Positions 9,116-17,855 of a DNA stretch of 64,000 nucleotides are shown here, piece after piece (the stretch's first letter is position 1; each line of letters starts with the position of its first letter). Both the position numbers and the translations under genes were made by a program. The notes below the pieces were generated by a model, which was not told where the DNA came from, searched no databases, and saw only the letters and a program-made list of their open reading frames with translations. This DNA comes from Daejeonella sp. (GTDB taxonomy: Bacteria > Bacteroidota > Bacteroidia > Sphingobacteriales > Sphingobacteriaceae): assembly GCF_017495225.1 (NCBI RefSeq), contig NZ_JAFEIG010000015.1, forward strand, positions 35,957 through 99,956, in the 5' to 3' direction.

Positions 9116-9511
9116 ATGAAAAAGCTTGTAATCACCATATTAGCAATTTTTTACCTAGGTGTTTCATCTGGCGCAAGCCTGCATGTTCACCATTGTATGG
9201 GTGAGCTTGTTGAATGGGGATTTTCTGATAATAGTGTAGATGATGAGGGCAAATGCACCAATTGTGGCATGAAGCAAGGCAATTCTGAGCTTTGTTGTAA
9301 AACTCAGAAACAAGAATTTAAGCTAAAAGATAGCTATAAAGCTCCCTTAAATGTCATTCATTTTCAGTCTTTTGCTTTATTAGCACAAACTTATCCTGAA
9401 CATAAAATTTTAGCAAAAACTAAGGCTCCTGCTGATGATTTTGTGCAAATATCTGTCCCGCCCTCGGATAAAACCCCAACATTTATTCGGAATTGTAATT
9501 TCCGTATTTGA
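9116..9511 (+). CDS. HYC_CC_PP family protein
   Basis: Signal-like N-terminus, HHCMG, CTNC, LCCK, VPP near the C-terminus; upstream of metal-efflux genes; start could be 9107. Confidence 0.8.
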   Translation: MKKLVITILAIFYLGVSSGASLHVHHCMGELVEWGFSDNSVDDEGKCTNCGMKQGNSELCCKTQKQEFKLKDSYKAPLNVIHFQSFALLAQTYPEHKILAKTKAPADDFVQISVPPSDKTPTFIRNCNFRI

Positions 9512-9658
9512 TTTTTCTGTTTTGGACAATCCTCTGTCCTAAATTTTCTTTTTAAGTATTTAATGAAAATATTGATCAGTTTAATTGATCTAATTTTTTC
9601 ATTTTCAAATACTTATATCAAAATTTAATTTCTCGTTTACTAGATTAATCAATAAAAC

Positions 9659-9925
9659 ATGAAAAATTTATTCAATATCTGCGCAATTTTGCTTGTATTT
9701 TCTTGGGCATCTTGTACAAGTTCAGAAAAGCCTGTTGAGGCAAGTACTGATACAGTCACACATCACCAATCACATGCAGTGTATACTTGTCCGATGCACC
9801 CAGAAGTCATAAGCGACAAACCAGGAATTTGCCCTGAATGTAAAATGGACCTAGTTGCAAAAGTCGATGGGCCATCAACAAGCGATTCTACTGTTAAAGC
9901 ACATCACGATAAACACCAACACTAA
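9659..9925 (+). CDS. Heavy-metal-binding-domain lipoprotein
   Basis: Lipobox WASC, YTCPMHP..PGICPECKMDLV, His-rich ends. Confidence 0.88.
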   Translation: MKNLFNICAILLVFSWASCTSSEKPVEASTDTVTHHQSHAVYTCPMHPEVISDKPGICPECKMDLVAKVDGPSTSDSTVKAHHDKHQH

Positions 9926-9930
9926 GCACG

Positions 9931-11235
9931 ATGGTTGAGAAAATCATTTCATTTTCACTGCGTAACCGCTTCATTGTACTGCTTTTTGCAGCTGCTATTT
10001 TTACTTGGGGAATATTCTCTATGAAATCTAGCAAGATTGATGCGATACCGGATTTGTCTGAAAATCAGGTTATTGTATTTACAGAATGGATGGGTAGGAG
10101 TCCTCAAATTATTGAAGACCAGATTACTTACCCTTTAGTTACAAATCTTCAGGGCTTACCTAAGGTTAAATATGTTCGAGCAAATTCCATGTTTGGAATG
10201 AGCTTCATTTACATCATTTTTGAGGATGATGTGGATGTATATTGGGCTCGTGCTAGAGTGCTTGAGCGGCTCAATACTGTGACTAATAGCCTTCCAGATG
10301 GTGTTAGTCCGACAATTGGCCCCGATGGCACTGGAGTAGGTCATGTACTGTGGTACACCCTTGATGCCCCTGGGATGGATTTAGGGGAGCAGCGTGCCGT
10401 GCAAGACTGGTACATCAAATTTGCTTTACAAAATGTACAGGGTGTAAGTGAAATTGCTTCCTTTGGCGGATTTCAAAAGCAGTATCAAATTAGTATTGAT
10501 CCAGATAAGTTAAGTTATTATAAATTAACTATTCAGGATGTGATGCGGGCCGTAAAAAGTAATAATAATGAAGCTGGTGGTCGGAAATTTGAGATGAGTG
10601 GGATTGCTTACATCATCAAAACAACGGGTTATTTAAAGTCGCTTGATGAAATCGGTAATCTGCCAATAAGAACACAAAACTCCATCCCCATTAAGGTTAG
10701 TGATATTGGTACCGTTCAAATGGCTGGCGAAAGTCGCTTAGGTATTTTCGACTATAATGGTGAGGGTGAAGCAGTTGGTGGCATTGTGGTTTTACGTTAT
10801 GGTGAAAATGCCAATGAAGTTATTAAGCGAGTAAAAACAAAGATGGATGAGGTGAGCAAGGGACTTCCTGAAGGAATGAAATTTACCATTGTTTACGATA
10901 GAGGAGAACTGATAGAAGAGTCGATTTCATCTATTAAAACAACATTAATTGAAGAAATGATAGTTGTTTCACTCATTGTTATGCTTTTTCTTTTACACTG
11001 GCGAAGTGCAATTAGCATTATTATTCAGATTCCTATTACGATTGCGGCAAGTTTCATTGTGCTAAATGCCTTTGATATTTCATCCAATATCATGTCCCTA
11101 ACGGGGATAGCGCTTGCCATAGGGGTAATTGTTGATAATGGAATTATTATGGCCGAAAATTCATACAAAAACCTGGCTACAAGGCAAGCCGAACTTAATG
11201 AACAAAGAAAAGGAGGGAACTCACATGTGGTTTAA
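9931..11235 (+). CDS. cusA: CusA/CzcA-family RND permease, N-terminal part (TM1-TM4)
   Basis: DAIPDLSENQVIV, TYPL, GPDGTGVG, GVIVDNG (TM4 Asp); ends after TM4. Confidence 0.88.
   Translation: MVEKIISFSLRNRFIVLLFAAAIFTWGIFSMKSSKIDAIPDLSENQVIVFTEWMGRSPQIIEDQITYPLVTNLQGLPKVKYVRANSMFGMSFIYIIFEDDVDVYWARARVLERLNTVTNSLPDGVSPTIGPDGTGVGHVLWYTLDAPGMDLGEQRAVQDWYIKFALQNVQGVSEIASFGGFQKQYQISIDPDKLSYYKLTIQDVMRAVKSNNNEAGGRKFEMSGIAYIIKTTGYLKSLDEIGNLPIRTQNSIPIKVSDIGTVQMAGESRLGIFDYNGEGEAVGGIVVLRYGENANEVIKRVKTKMDEVSKGLPEGMKFTIVYDRGELIEESISSIKTTLIEEMIVVSLIVMLFLLHWRSAISIIIQIPITIAASFIVLNAFDISSNIMSLTGIALAIGVIVDNGIIMAENSYKNLATRQAELNEQRKGGNSHVV
11211..11216 (+). promoter_or_regulatory. Shine-Dalgarno-like site for the second CusA half
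   Basis: AGGAGG, 8 nt before ATG 11225. Confidence 0.5.
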
Positions 11236-13168
11236 GAAGAAAAATTCTTTTTCTGGCAAGGACGATGATTATGTAAAGCTATCTAGTGAAGAGCGCTTGA
11301 GTATCATAGAGAAAGCCTGTAAACAGGTCTCAAGAGGTGTATTTTACTCCACCATCATAATTATTGCTTCATTTTTGCCGGTTTTTTTATTAACTGGTCA
11401 GGAAGGGAAATTGTTCCATCCTTTGGCTTATACCAAGACATTTATTTTGGTAATTGATGCCATTTTGGTACTCACTTTAGCCCCTGTAATTATTTCCTTT
11501 TTTATGAAGGGACGTTTCCGTCAGGAGCATGAAAACCCCATTAATAGGGGAATGGAGCGTGTTTATTTGCCAATTATCCGTACTTGTATCCGAAATAGAA
11601 AAACCACACTAGGCATCAATATCCTTGCTTTGATTGTTAGTGTGCCGATGTTAATGAGTTTGGGTCGTGAGTTTATGCCTCCTCTTGATGAGCAGTCGGT
11701 GCTTTTTATGCCGGTAACCTTACCCGATGTTTCCAATGGTGAGATTAAGCGTATTCTTCAAGTTCAAGATAAGCTTATAAAATCTGTCCCAGAGGTAGAT
11801 CATGTACTTGGTAAGGCGGGGAGGGCAAGTACAGCCACAGATAATTCGCCAATTAGCATGATTGAAACGATTATCGCTTTAAAGCCTAAGAGTGAATGGC
11901 GGCCAGGCATCACCAAGAAGGATATTATCAATGAATTGGATGCTAAACTTCAAATTCCAGGTGTGGTTAATGGTTGGACGCAACCCATCATAAATCGTAT
12001 AAATATGCTTTCTACCGGAATTAGAACGGATGTGGGATTGAAGGTTTACGGTCAAGATTTGAATCAGATCAATACTATTTCGCATGAGGTTCAACATATT
12101 TTGCAGGGTATTGATGGTGTAAAAGATCTCTATGTGGAGCCAGTTACGGGTGGCAAATACCTTGAAATTGATATCAAGCGCGATCAGCTAGAGCGTTACG
12201 GGTTAACTGTTGACGATGTGAATGCTACCGTTGAAACTGCTATCGGGGGTAGCCCTTTTGCTTCAACTATTGAAGGCAGAAAGCGTTTTAATGTCCAATT
12301 GCGCCTTGGTGAAGATTTTCGTAATAGCCTAGATAAACTGAAAAGGATTCCACTTGTTTCGCCAGATGCTGGAACTATTCCACTTTCTGCTGTTAGCGAT
12401 ATTCGATTTGTGGATGGTCCGCCTATGATAACCTCAGAAAATGCGATTTTACGAGGAGCAGTAATGTTTAATGTGCGTGATCGTGATCTTGGCAATACCG
12501 TGCAAGAGGCCATAGATAAGCTGAACAAAGATTTAAAGTTGCCAGGTGGCTATTTTGTGGAGTGGAGTGGTCAGTATGAGAATTTATTGCGTGGACAAAA
12601 AACTTTACTTTACATACTTCCAATAGTGTTATTTATCATTTTTCTTGCCCTTTATCTCGCATTTAAATCAATCAGAGAAGCATTCTTAAGCTTGGTGACT
12701 ATACCCTTTGCCTTGATTGGGGGAGTGTTTTTAGTTTATTTCTGGGGAGTAAATCTTTCTGTTGCTGTGGCGGTAGGATTTATTGCACTCTTTGGTATCG
12801 CAGTTGAAACAGGGGTAGTGATGGTTATTTACTTGAATGATGCTATGAATCAGTTAATTGCATTGAAAGGAAACTCAAGTGAAACCATCAGCAAAGAAGA
12901 CTTACGCGAGTATGTAATTATGGGTGCAGCTAAGAGGCTAAGGCCTAAAATTATGACTGTTTGTGTGGCTTTATTCGGTTTAATACCTGTGTTATGGTCG
13001 GGAGGAGTGGGTAGCGATGTGATGCAGCCCATTGTTTTACCTATGATTGGAGGGGTTTTAACCTCATCTACTCATATTTTATTGGTTACTCCACTCATAT
13101 TTTTAATGACTAAGGAGTATGAATTAAGAAAATTTGGAAAATTGGAGGTTCATGATGTTAAACATTAA
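11225..13168 (+). CDS. cusA: CusA/CzcA-family RND permease, C-terminal part (TM5-TM12), 647 aa
   Basis: FLPVFLLTGQEGKLF, LFMP / SMIET / NMLSTG (Met triad and Glu as in E. coli CusA), RLRPKIMT. Confidence 0.88.
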   Translation: MWFKKKNSFSGKDDDYVKLSSEERLSIIEKACKQVSRGVFYSTIIIIASFLPVFLLTGQEGKLFHPLAYTKTFILVIDAILVLTLAPVIISFFMKGRFRQEHENPINRGMERVYLPIIRTCIRNRKTTLGINILALIVSVPMLMSLGREFMPPLDEQSVLFMPVTLPDVSNGEIKRILQVQDKLIKSVPEVDHVLGKAGRASTATDNSPISMIETIIALKPKSEWRPGITKKDIINELDAKLQIPGVVNGWTQPIINRINMLSTGIRTDVGLKVYGQDLNQINTISHEVQHILQGIDGVKDLYVEPVTGGKYLEIDIKRDQLERYGLTVDDVNATVETAIGGSPFASTIEGRKRFNVQLRLGEDFRNSLDKLKRIPLVSPDAGTIPLSAVSDIRFVDGPPMITSENAILRGAVMFNVRDRDLGNTVQEAIDKLNKDLKLPGGYFVEWSGQYENLLRGQKTLLYILPIVLFIIFLALYLAFKSIREAFLSLVTIPFALIGGVFLVYFWGVNLSVAVAVGFIALFGIAVETGVVMVIYLNDAMNQLIALKGNSSETISKEDLREYVIMGAAKRLRPKIMTVCVALFGLIPVLWSGGVGSDVMQPIVLPMIGGVLTSSTHILLVTPLIFLMTKEYELRKFGKLEVHDVKH

Positions 13169-14402
13169 AAAAATAGGGTTAATTGTGCTTTTTATGAGCT
13201 CTCGACTTGCTATTGGGCAGGATAAAATGAGCTTGGAGCAGATATTTGAGGAGATAAAATCTAAAAACATCGGACTAAAATCTTATGCTAGTCGTATTCA
13301 AAGTAAGGATGCAAAAGTAGAAGGTGCAAGTGCTTGGATGGCACCTATGGTAGGAGCTGGTACATTTATGACACCTTACCCTTTTCAGGGGATGGCTGGA
13401 GAAAATGATCGTGGTGCTTTGATGCTTACCGCTGAACAAGAAATTCCAAATCCCGCGAAGGTAAAAGCTAAGAGGGAATACCTTCAAATTCAATCTAAGG
13501 GAGATATTTATGCTCAATCTGAGCTTTTTAACCAATTTAAAGCAAGAGCAAGGCAGCTTTATTTCGGTTTATTGATTGATTATAAAAGGATTTATTATCA
13601 AGAAGAGAATAAACGCATCATGGAAACCATGATGAAGCTTGCGGAGATCCGTTATCCTTTTAATCAGGGCGGGTTAAACCAGGTTTTTAAGGCTGAAGGA
13701 CGTGCTTTTGAGTCGGAGAATATGATTTTAATGACTAAATCTAGTATTCGCTCTAAAAAAATCACACTCAATACCTTGATGAATCGGTCGGCCGAAATGG
13801 ATCTACAAATAGATACTTCATTTCAAGTTAATTTTATTCCTAAGGCGGATTTAGATACTGCCTATTTTGCTAGTTCCAGAAGTGATATTTTAAATATGCA
13901 GCATGAAATTAATGTCATGAAAAAAAATATCAACCTGATGAAACAAGAAGCTAAGCCTGATTTTAGGTTACGCTTTGATCACATGTCGAACTATTCGGCA
14001 ATGATGCCAAGGCAATTTACTGTGATGGGAATGCTCTCTATTCCGATTGTTCCTTGGTCTTCAAAAATGTATAAATCGGAAATAAAATCAATGAATTTTG
14101 AGCAGGAAGCGATGCGTCAGCAGAAGGCAGCAATGTTGACCGATATGTTAGGTATGACCCGCAGCATGGAAAGTGAACTTACATTGATGCAGAAGCAATT
14201 AGCTAATTATGAGCAAAGGATTGTGCCTTCTCTACAGAAATATTTGAAGGTTTCAATTTTGTCTTACCAAGAAAATAAATCGGATTTAAATACGGTAATT
14301 GATGCTTGGGAGGCTCTAAATATGGCACAAATGAATTATCTGAATCAATTAGAGAAATTTTATCAAATGATTGTTGATTATGAGAAAAATATTGAAAGGT
14401 AG
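13152..14402 (+). CDS. TolC/CusC-family outer-membrane efflux protein, Met-rich
   Basis: Signal peptide, helical OEP pattern, KPDFRLRF..GMLSIP; overlaps the stop of the CusA C-half. Confidence 0.85.
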   Translation: MMLNIKKIGLIVLFMSSRLAIGQDKMSLEQIFEEIKSKNIGLKSYASRIQSKDAKVEGASAWMAPMVGAGTFMTPYPFQGMAGENDRGALMLTAEQEIPNPAKVKAKREYLQIQSKGDIYAQSELFNQFKARARQLYFGLLIDYKRIYYQEENKRIMETMMKLAEIRYPFNQGGLNQVFKAEGRAFESENMILMTKSSIRSKKITLNTLMNRSAEMDLQIDTSFQVNFIPKADLDTAYFASSRSDILNMQHEINVMKKNINLMKQEAKPDFRLRFDHMSNYSAMMPRQFTVMGMLSIPIVPWSSKMYKSEIKSMNFEQEAMRQQKAAMLTDMLGMTRSMESELTLMQKQLANYEQRIVPSLQKYLKVSILSYQENKSDLNTVIDAWEALNMAQMNYLNQLEKFYQMIVDYEKNIER

Positions 14403-15696
14403 TATCGGCTTTTTTCTTGTCTTGGGATTTATGCTTTCGGCTTGTAATCAAAACAAGGAAGCTACATCAACCATTATCTACACATGCCCAATGCATCCTG
14501 AAATTTTAAATGAAGGACCAGGCATTTGCCCAATTTGTAAAATGGATTTGGTACCAAGAGATGCTGGTGGATCACATGGTTCAGCTGATAAATCTCTAAA
14601 TAGTTTAGTAAAGCCTAGTAATGAGTTAGTTATCTCAGGAATCAAGACTGTGAAAGCACAAAGTGGATTGCGGAATGTAGATTTAATCTTGAAAGGAGTA
14701 ATAAATTACAATTCTAATCAGTGGAAAACCGTTTCTGCTCGAGTTAGTGGTCGCATAGAACGTTTATATGTAAAATATGGCTATGAACAGGTAAAAAAAG
14801 GACAGAAAATAATGGATATTTATAGTCCCGATTTGCTAAATGCTCAACAAGAACTACTTTTTCTTAAAAATAATTCAGAACCTGAATTATTAGAATCCGC
14901 CAAGAAAAAATTACTGTTTTTAGGCTTATCGCAACAGCAAATAAATCAAGTTTTGCGTAGCGGAATTATAAATCCTACCGTCTCCGTTTATAGTCCCTAT
15001 TCTGGATATGTCGCCGAATTGGAACTAAATAATATGCCTGATTCTAGTCCCGCAGCTCAAACCGGAGGTACCAGAATAAGTACAAATAATGCTTCTGGAA
15101 TGAATGGGATGGGTTCTGGGACTAACTCTGAAGCGATTCCGACGGTAAAATCAATTAGTACAGGACAAGCACTTCAGATTAGAGAGGGCCAATATGTGAA
15201 TGCGGGACAGAAATTATTTAGTTTGATAAATACAGATCAAGTTTGGGTTGAATTTTTTGCAGATGCCAAGCAATTGCAGTCCTTTAAAAGTGGGACTAAT
15301 ATTAAAATTAATGCAATTGATGTTGCTGATCAGGAAATAGAAATTAAGGTTAGCCTTGTGCAGCCTTATTATCGTGAGGGTGTAAATTATTCATTAATTA
15401 AAGCCAATTTACCCAATGGGAGTCGTTTGTGGAAGGTTGGTCAACTCATTTCTGTTCATAAAGAAACTGAGTTAAATGGGAATTGGGTTCCAAAAACAGC
15501 TGTTTTGCAAATGGGAAAAAAACATATTGTCTTCTTGAATCGGGACTCTGCATTTGTTCCTGTTTATGTAGATGTAAAAGCAATGGCAAACGATTGGATT
15601 GATGTTGGAGATAGTTTAAAAGCAGATCAAAAAATAGCCATCAATGCATGGTTTTTAGTCGATACCGAAAGTTTTATTAAAGCAGAACGTTTATAA
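14380..15696 (+). CDS. CusB-like membrane-fusion protein 1 with N-terminal heavy-metal-binding domain
   Basis: Lipobox LSAC, YTCPMHP..CPICKMDLV, GRIERLYV, YSPDL, Ser/Gly/Met-rich insertion. Confidence 0.87.
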   Translation: MRKILKGSIGFFLVLGFMLSACNQNKEATSTIIYTCPMHPEILNEGPGICPICKMDLVPRDAGGSHGSADKSLNSLVKPSNELVISGIKTVKAQSGLRNVDLILKGVINYNSNQWKTVSARVSGRIERLYVKYGYEQVKKGQKIMDIYSPDLLNAQQELLFLKNNSEPELLESAKKKLLFLGLSQQQINQVLRSGIINPTVSVYSPYSGYVAELELNNMPDSSPAAQTGGTRISTNNASGMNGMGSGTNSEAIPTVKSISTGQALQIREGQYVNAGQKLFSLINTDQVWVEFFADAKQLQSFKSGTNIKINAIDVADQEIEIKVSLVQPYYREGVNYSLIKANLPNGSRLWKVGQLISVHKETELNGNWVPKTAVLQMGKKHIVFLNRDSAFVPVYVDVKAMANDWIDVGDSLKADQKIAINAWFLVDTESFIKAERL

Positions 15697-16886
15697 TGAA
15701 AAGAAATATATTAATTGGTTTTTTCCTGCTTTTTGTAGGTTTTTTGCTATATTCATGCAAAGATACGAAAAAAGATAAACATGCTCATGCCGGCACTTAT
15801 ACCTGCCCCATGCATCCTCAAATCATTAATAATGCACCCGGTTCTTGTCCGATTTGCGGAATGGACCTTGTACCAGTAAATGCGGCTGGAAGTAAGAATG
15901 AATTGATGTTAAGCGACAGTCAGGTTCAGTTAGCTAATATTCGAACCATGTCAATTGCGACTTCCTCATTTAGTACTTCCAAGGTTTTAAATGGTCGATT
16001 AATCACTAATCCAGAACGTACTGCCACTGTATCTAGCCGTTACTCCGGATGGATTGAACGATTGTTTATAAAGGAAACTGGAATTAAGATTAGTAAAGGA
16101 CAAGCTCTTTTTCAAATCTATAGTGAGCAAATACAAACCTTACAACAAGATTATTTACTTCAAATTAAGCAAGCCGCTGCATTTCCTAATGAAAAGATTT
16201 ACAGCACGATGCGGAATGCGGCAAAAAACAAATTGCGCTTATTTGGAATGAGTGATTCGCAAATAAAATCTTTAGAAAATGGGACTAAAACATCCCCATT
16301 ACTCACCGTTTTTTCAAGTGAATCTGGTACGGTTACAGAACTGAATATTTCTGAGGGGCAGTATGTTTCTGAGGGGACTCAAGTATTAAAATTAGAGAAT
16401 TTTGATCAGTTGTGGCTAGAGATGGATGTCTATCCTTCTGAAATTTCTGACATTAAAATTGGGACTAAAGTTAAGGCATTAGTAAGTGGTTTAGGAAATG
16501 AAGAACAATCTCTTGTAATTGATTTTATATCTCCACAGATAGATCCATCAACTCAAATTTTGAAGGTACGTGCTCCAATTAAAAATTCAGGGAATTTACA
16601 GGCAGGAATGCAGGCGAGCGTCTTTTTGCCAGTTTCAGAGATTAGGGATGCGATGAGTTTACCGATGGATGCGCTTGTCCGCGATGAGCGAGGCTCACAT
16701 GTTTGGGTTAAAGTCGGGAAAAACACCTTTTCTCCTCGAATTGTTAAAACTGGAGCAGAAAATGAGGATCAAATAATAATTCTTTCAGGATTGGAAGGTG
16801 TAAAAGAGGTTGTTATCAGTGGGGCATATTTATTATCGAGTGAGTTTTTATTAAAAAAGGGGATGGATCCAATGCTTAAAAAATAG
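15696..16886 (+). CDS. CusB-like membrane-fusion protein 2 with N-terminal heavy-metal-binding domain
   Basis: Lipobox LYSC, YTCPMHP..CPICGMDLV, GWIERL; start overlaps the previous stop (TAATG). Confidence 0.87.
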   Translation: MKRNILIGFFLLFVGFLLYSCKDTKKDKHAHAGTYTCPMHPQIINNAPGSCPICGMDLVPVNAAGSKNELMLSDSQVQLANIRTMSIATSSFSTSKVLNGRLITNPERTATVSSRYSGWIERLFIKETGIKISKGQALFQIYSEQIQTLQQDYLLQIKQAAAFPNEKIYSTMRNAAKNKLRLFGMSDSQIKSLENGTKTSPLLTVFSSESGTVTELNISEGQYVSEGTQVLKLENFDQLWLEMDVYPSEISDIKIGTKVKALVSGLGNEEQSLVIDFISPQIDPSTQILKVRAPIKNSGNLQAGMQASVFLPVSEIRDAMSLPMDALVRDERGSHVWVKVGKNTFSPRIVKTGAENEDQIIILSGLEGVKEVVISGAYLLSSEFLLKKGMDPMLKK

Positions 16887-16930
16887 AATTATTATCCTCT
16901 GACATGTTGTATTGAATTTTTCCGCTAATT

Positions 16931-16946
16931 TTTGATGAAAATCAAA
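16931..16946. promoter_or_regulatory. Fnr/Crp-family type box
   Basis: TTTGAT-GAAA-ATCAAA, perfect TTGAT-N4-ATCAA about 117 bp upstream of 17063. Confidence 0.5.
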
Positions 16947-17062
16947 TAGCTTCTTGATTGGTATCGTTTTCATTGGCTCATGGATTCTGCAATTTTAAAT
17001 GAGAAAAATGCTGAAGTATTGGCCAAATTAAAATTGATTATTTACCATTTAACAAAGAAATC

Positions 17063-17569
17063 ATGAAACATTTAAAGTTAATTCTAATCCTAATTGTATT
17101 CACTACAGGCTTTGCCCTAAAGTCTGAGGCTCAAATTGTGCTTCCAGAGGTTAAAATAGAAGCAATAAATTATAAATATCTCAACTCTGTAGAAGCAGGT
17201 GCAGTAGCTCTTCCTGTGAAGCGCCTACAGCGCGAGGTTGCTGCATTTGATTTGAAAACCTCAGAATTTTATGAAGATGAGTATGACAGCTATTTTATTT
17301 CTTTTTACATCCCTGAAGGAGAAATTTTGGCGGCCTATGATAAAGATGGCAATTTATTGCGCACGGCAGAAAAGTATAAGAATGTGAAGTTGCCCACCGA
17401 AGTAGCCTCCACAGTTGCTCAAAAATACCCAGGATGGACTATTGCCAAGGATGTCTATTTAGTAAGTTATTATGAATCAAAGGGCATAACCAAAGTGTAT
17501 AAATTGGTTCTTGAAAATGGGACTAAACGTATGCGTATCAAAACAAATGAATTTGGAGATATTATTTAG
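17063..17569 (+). CDS. Secreted PepSY-like / BLIP-like hypothetical protein
   Basis: Signal peptide; LPEVKI..NYKYL, AAYDKDG, VKLP..VAQKYPGW pattern. Confidence 0.7.
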   Translation: MKHLKLILILIVFTTGFALKSEAQIVLPEVKIEAINYKYLNSVEAGAVALPVKRLQREVAAFDLKTSEFYEDEYDSYFISFYIPEGEILAAYDKDGNLLRTAEKYKNVKLPTEVASTVAQKYPGWTIAKDVYLVSYYESKGITKVYKLVLENGTKRMRIKTNEFGDII

Positions 17570-17590
17570 GTCCAATTTTATCAATCATAT

Positions 17591-17618
17591 AAAAGCAGTC
17601 TCAATAGACTGCTTTTTT
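17591..17618 (+). terminator. Intrinsic terminator
   Basis: AAAAGCAGTCT-caat-AGACTGCTTTTTT. Confidence 0.85.
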
Positions 17619-17855
17619 ATTTATTACAAATTTAGCTCTTCAAATTCTTTTTTTTAAATAGCCTTTTTGGTTCTTTTTACCCATGATTCTAAATTTAATT
17701 TAGAAAATGAATCATTTTATTTTTACACTCTCAATAAAAATGTATAACTTAAACTTTAATAATAAATAGCTCATATATAGCTAGTTAAATTCGTTTTAGG
17801 AGTTTGCTTATGTGTTTCTCCTTGATATTTTAATTTTATTAAATCTTTGATATTA

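Noticed and set aside
9931-13168. CusA as a simple frameshifted pseudogene
   Set aside because: Break is in a cytoplasmic loop, both halves have extra termini, an SD-led ATG and intact functional residues; disfavoured but not excluded without reads
17063-17569. Nicotinate-nucleotide adenylyltransferase label (I recall it being attached to similar proteins)
   Set aside because: No HxGH motif or Rossmann fold; has a signal peptide
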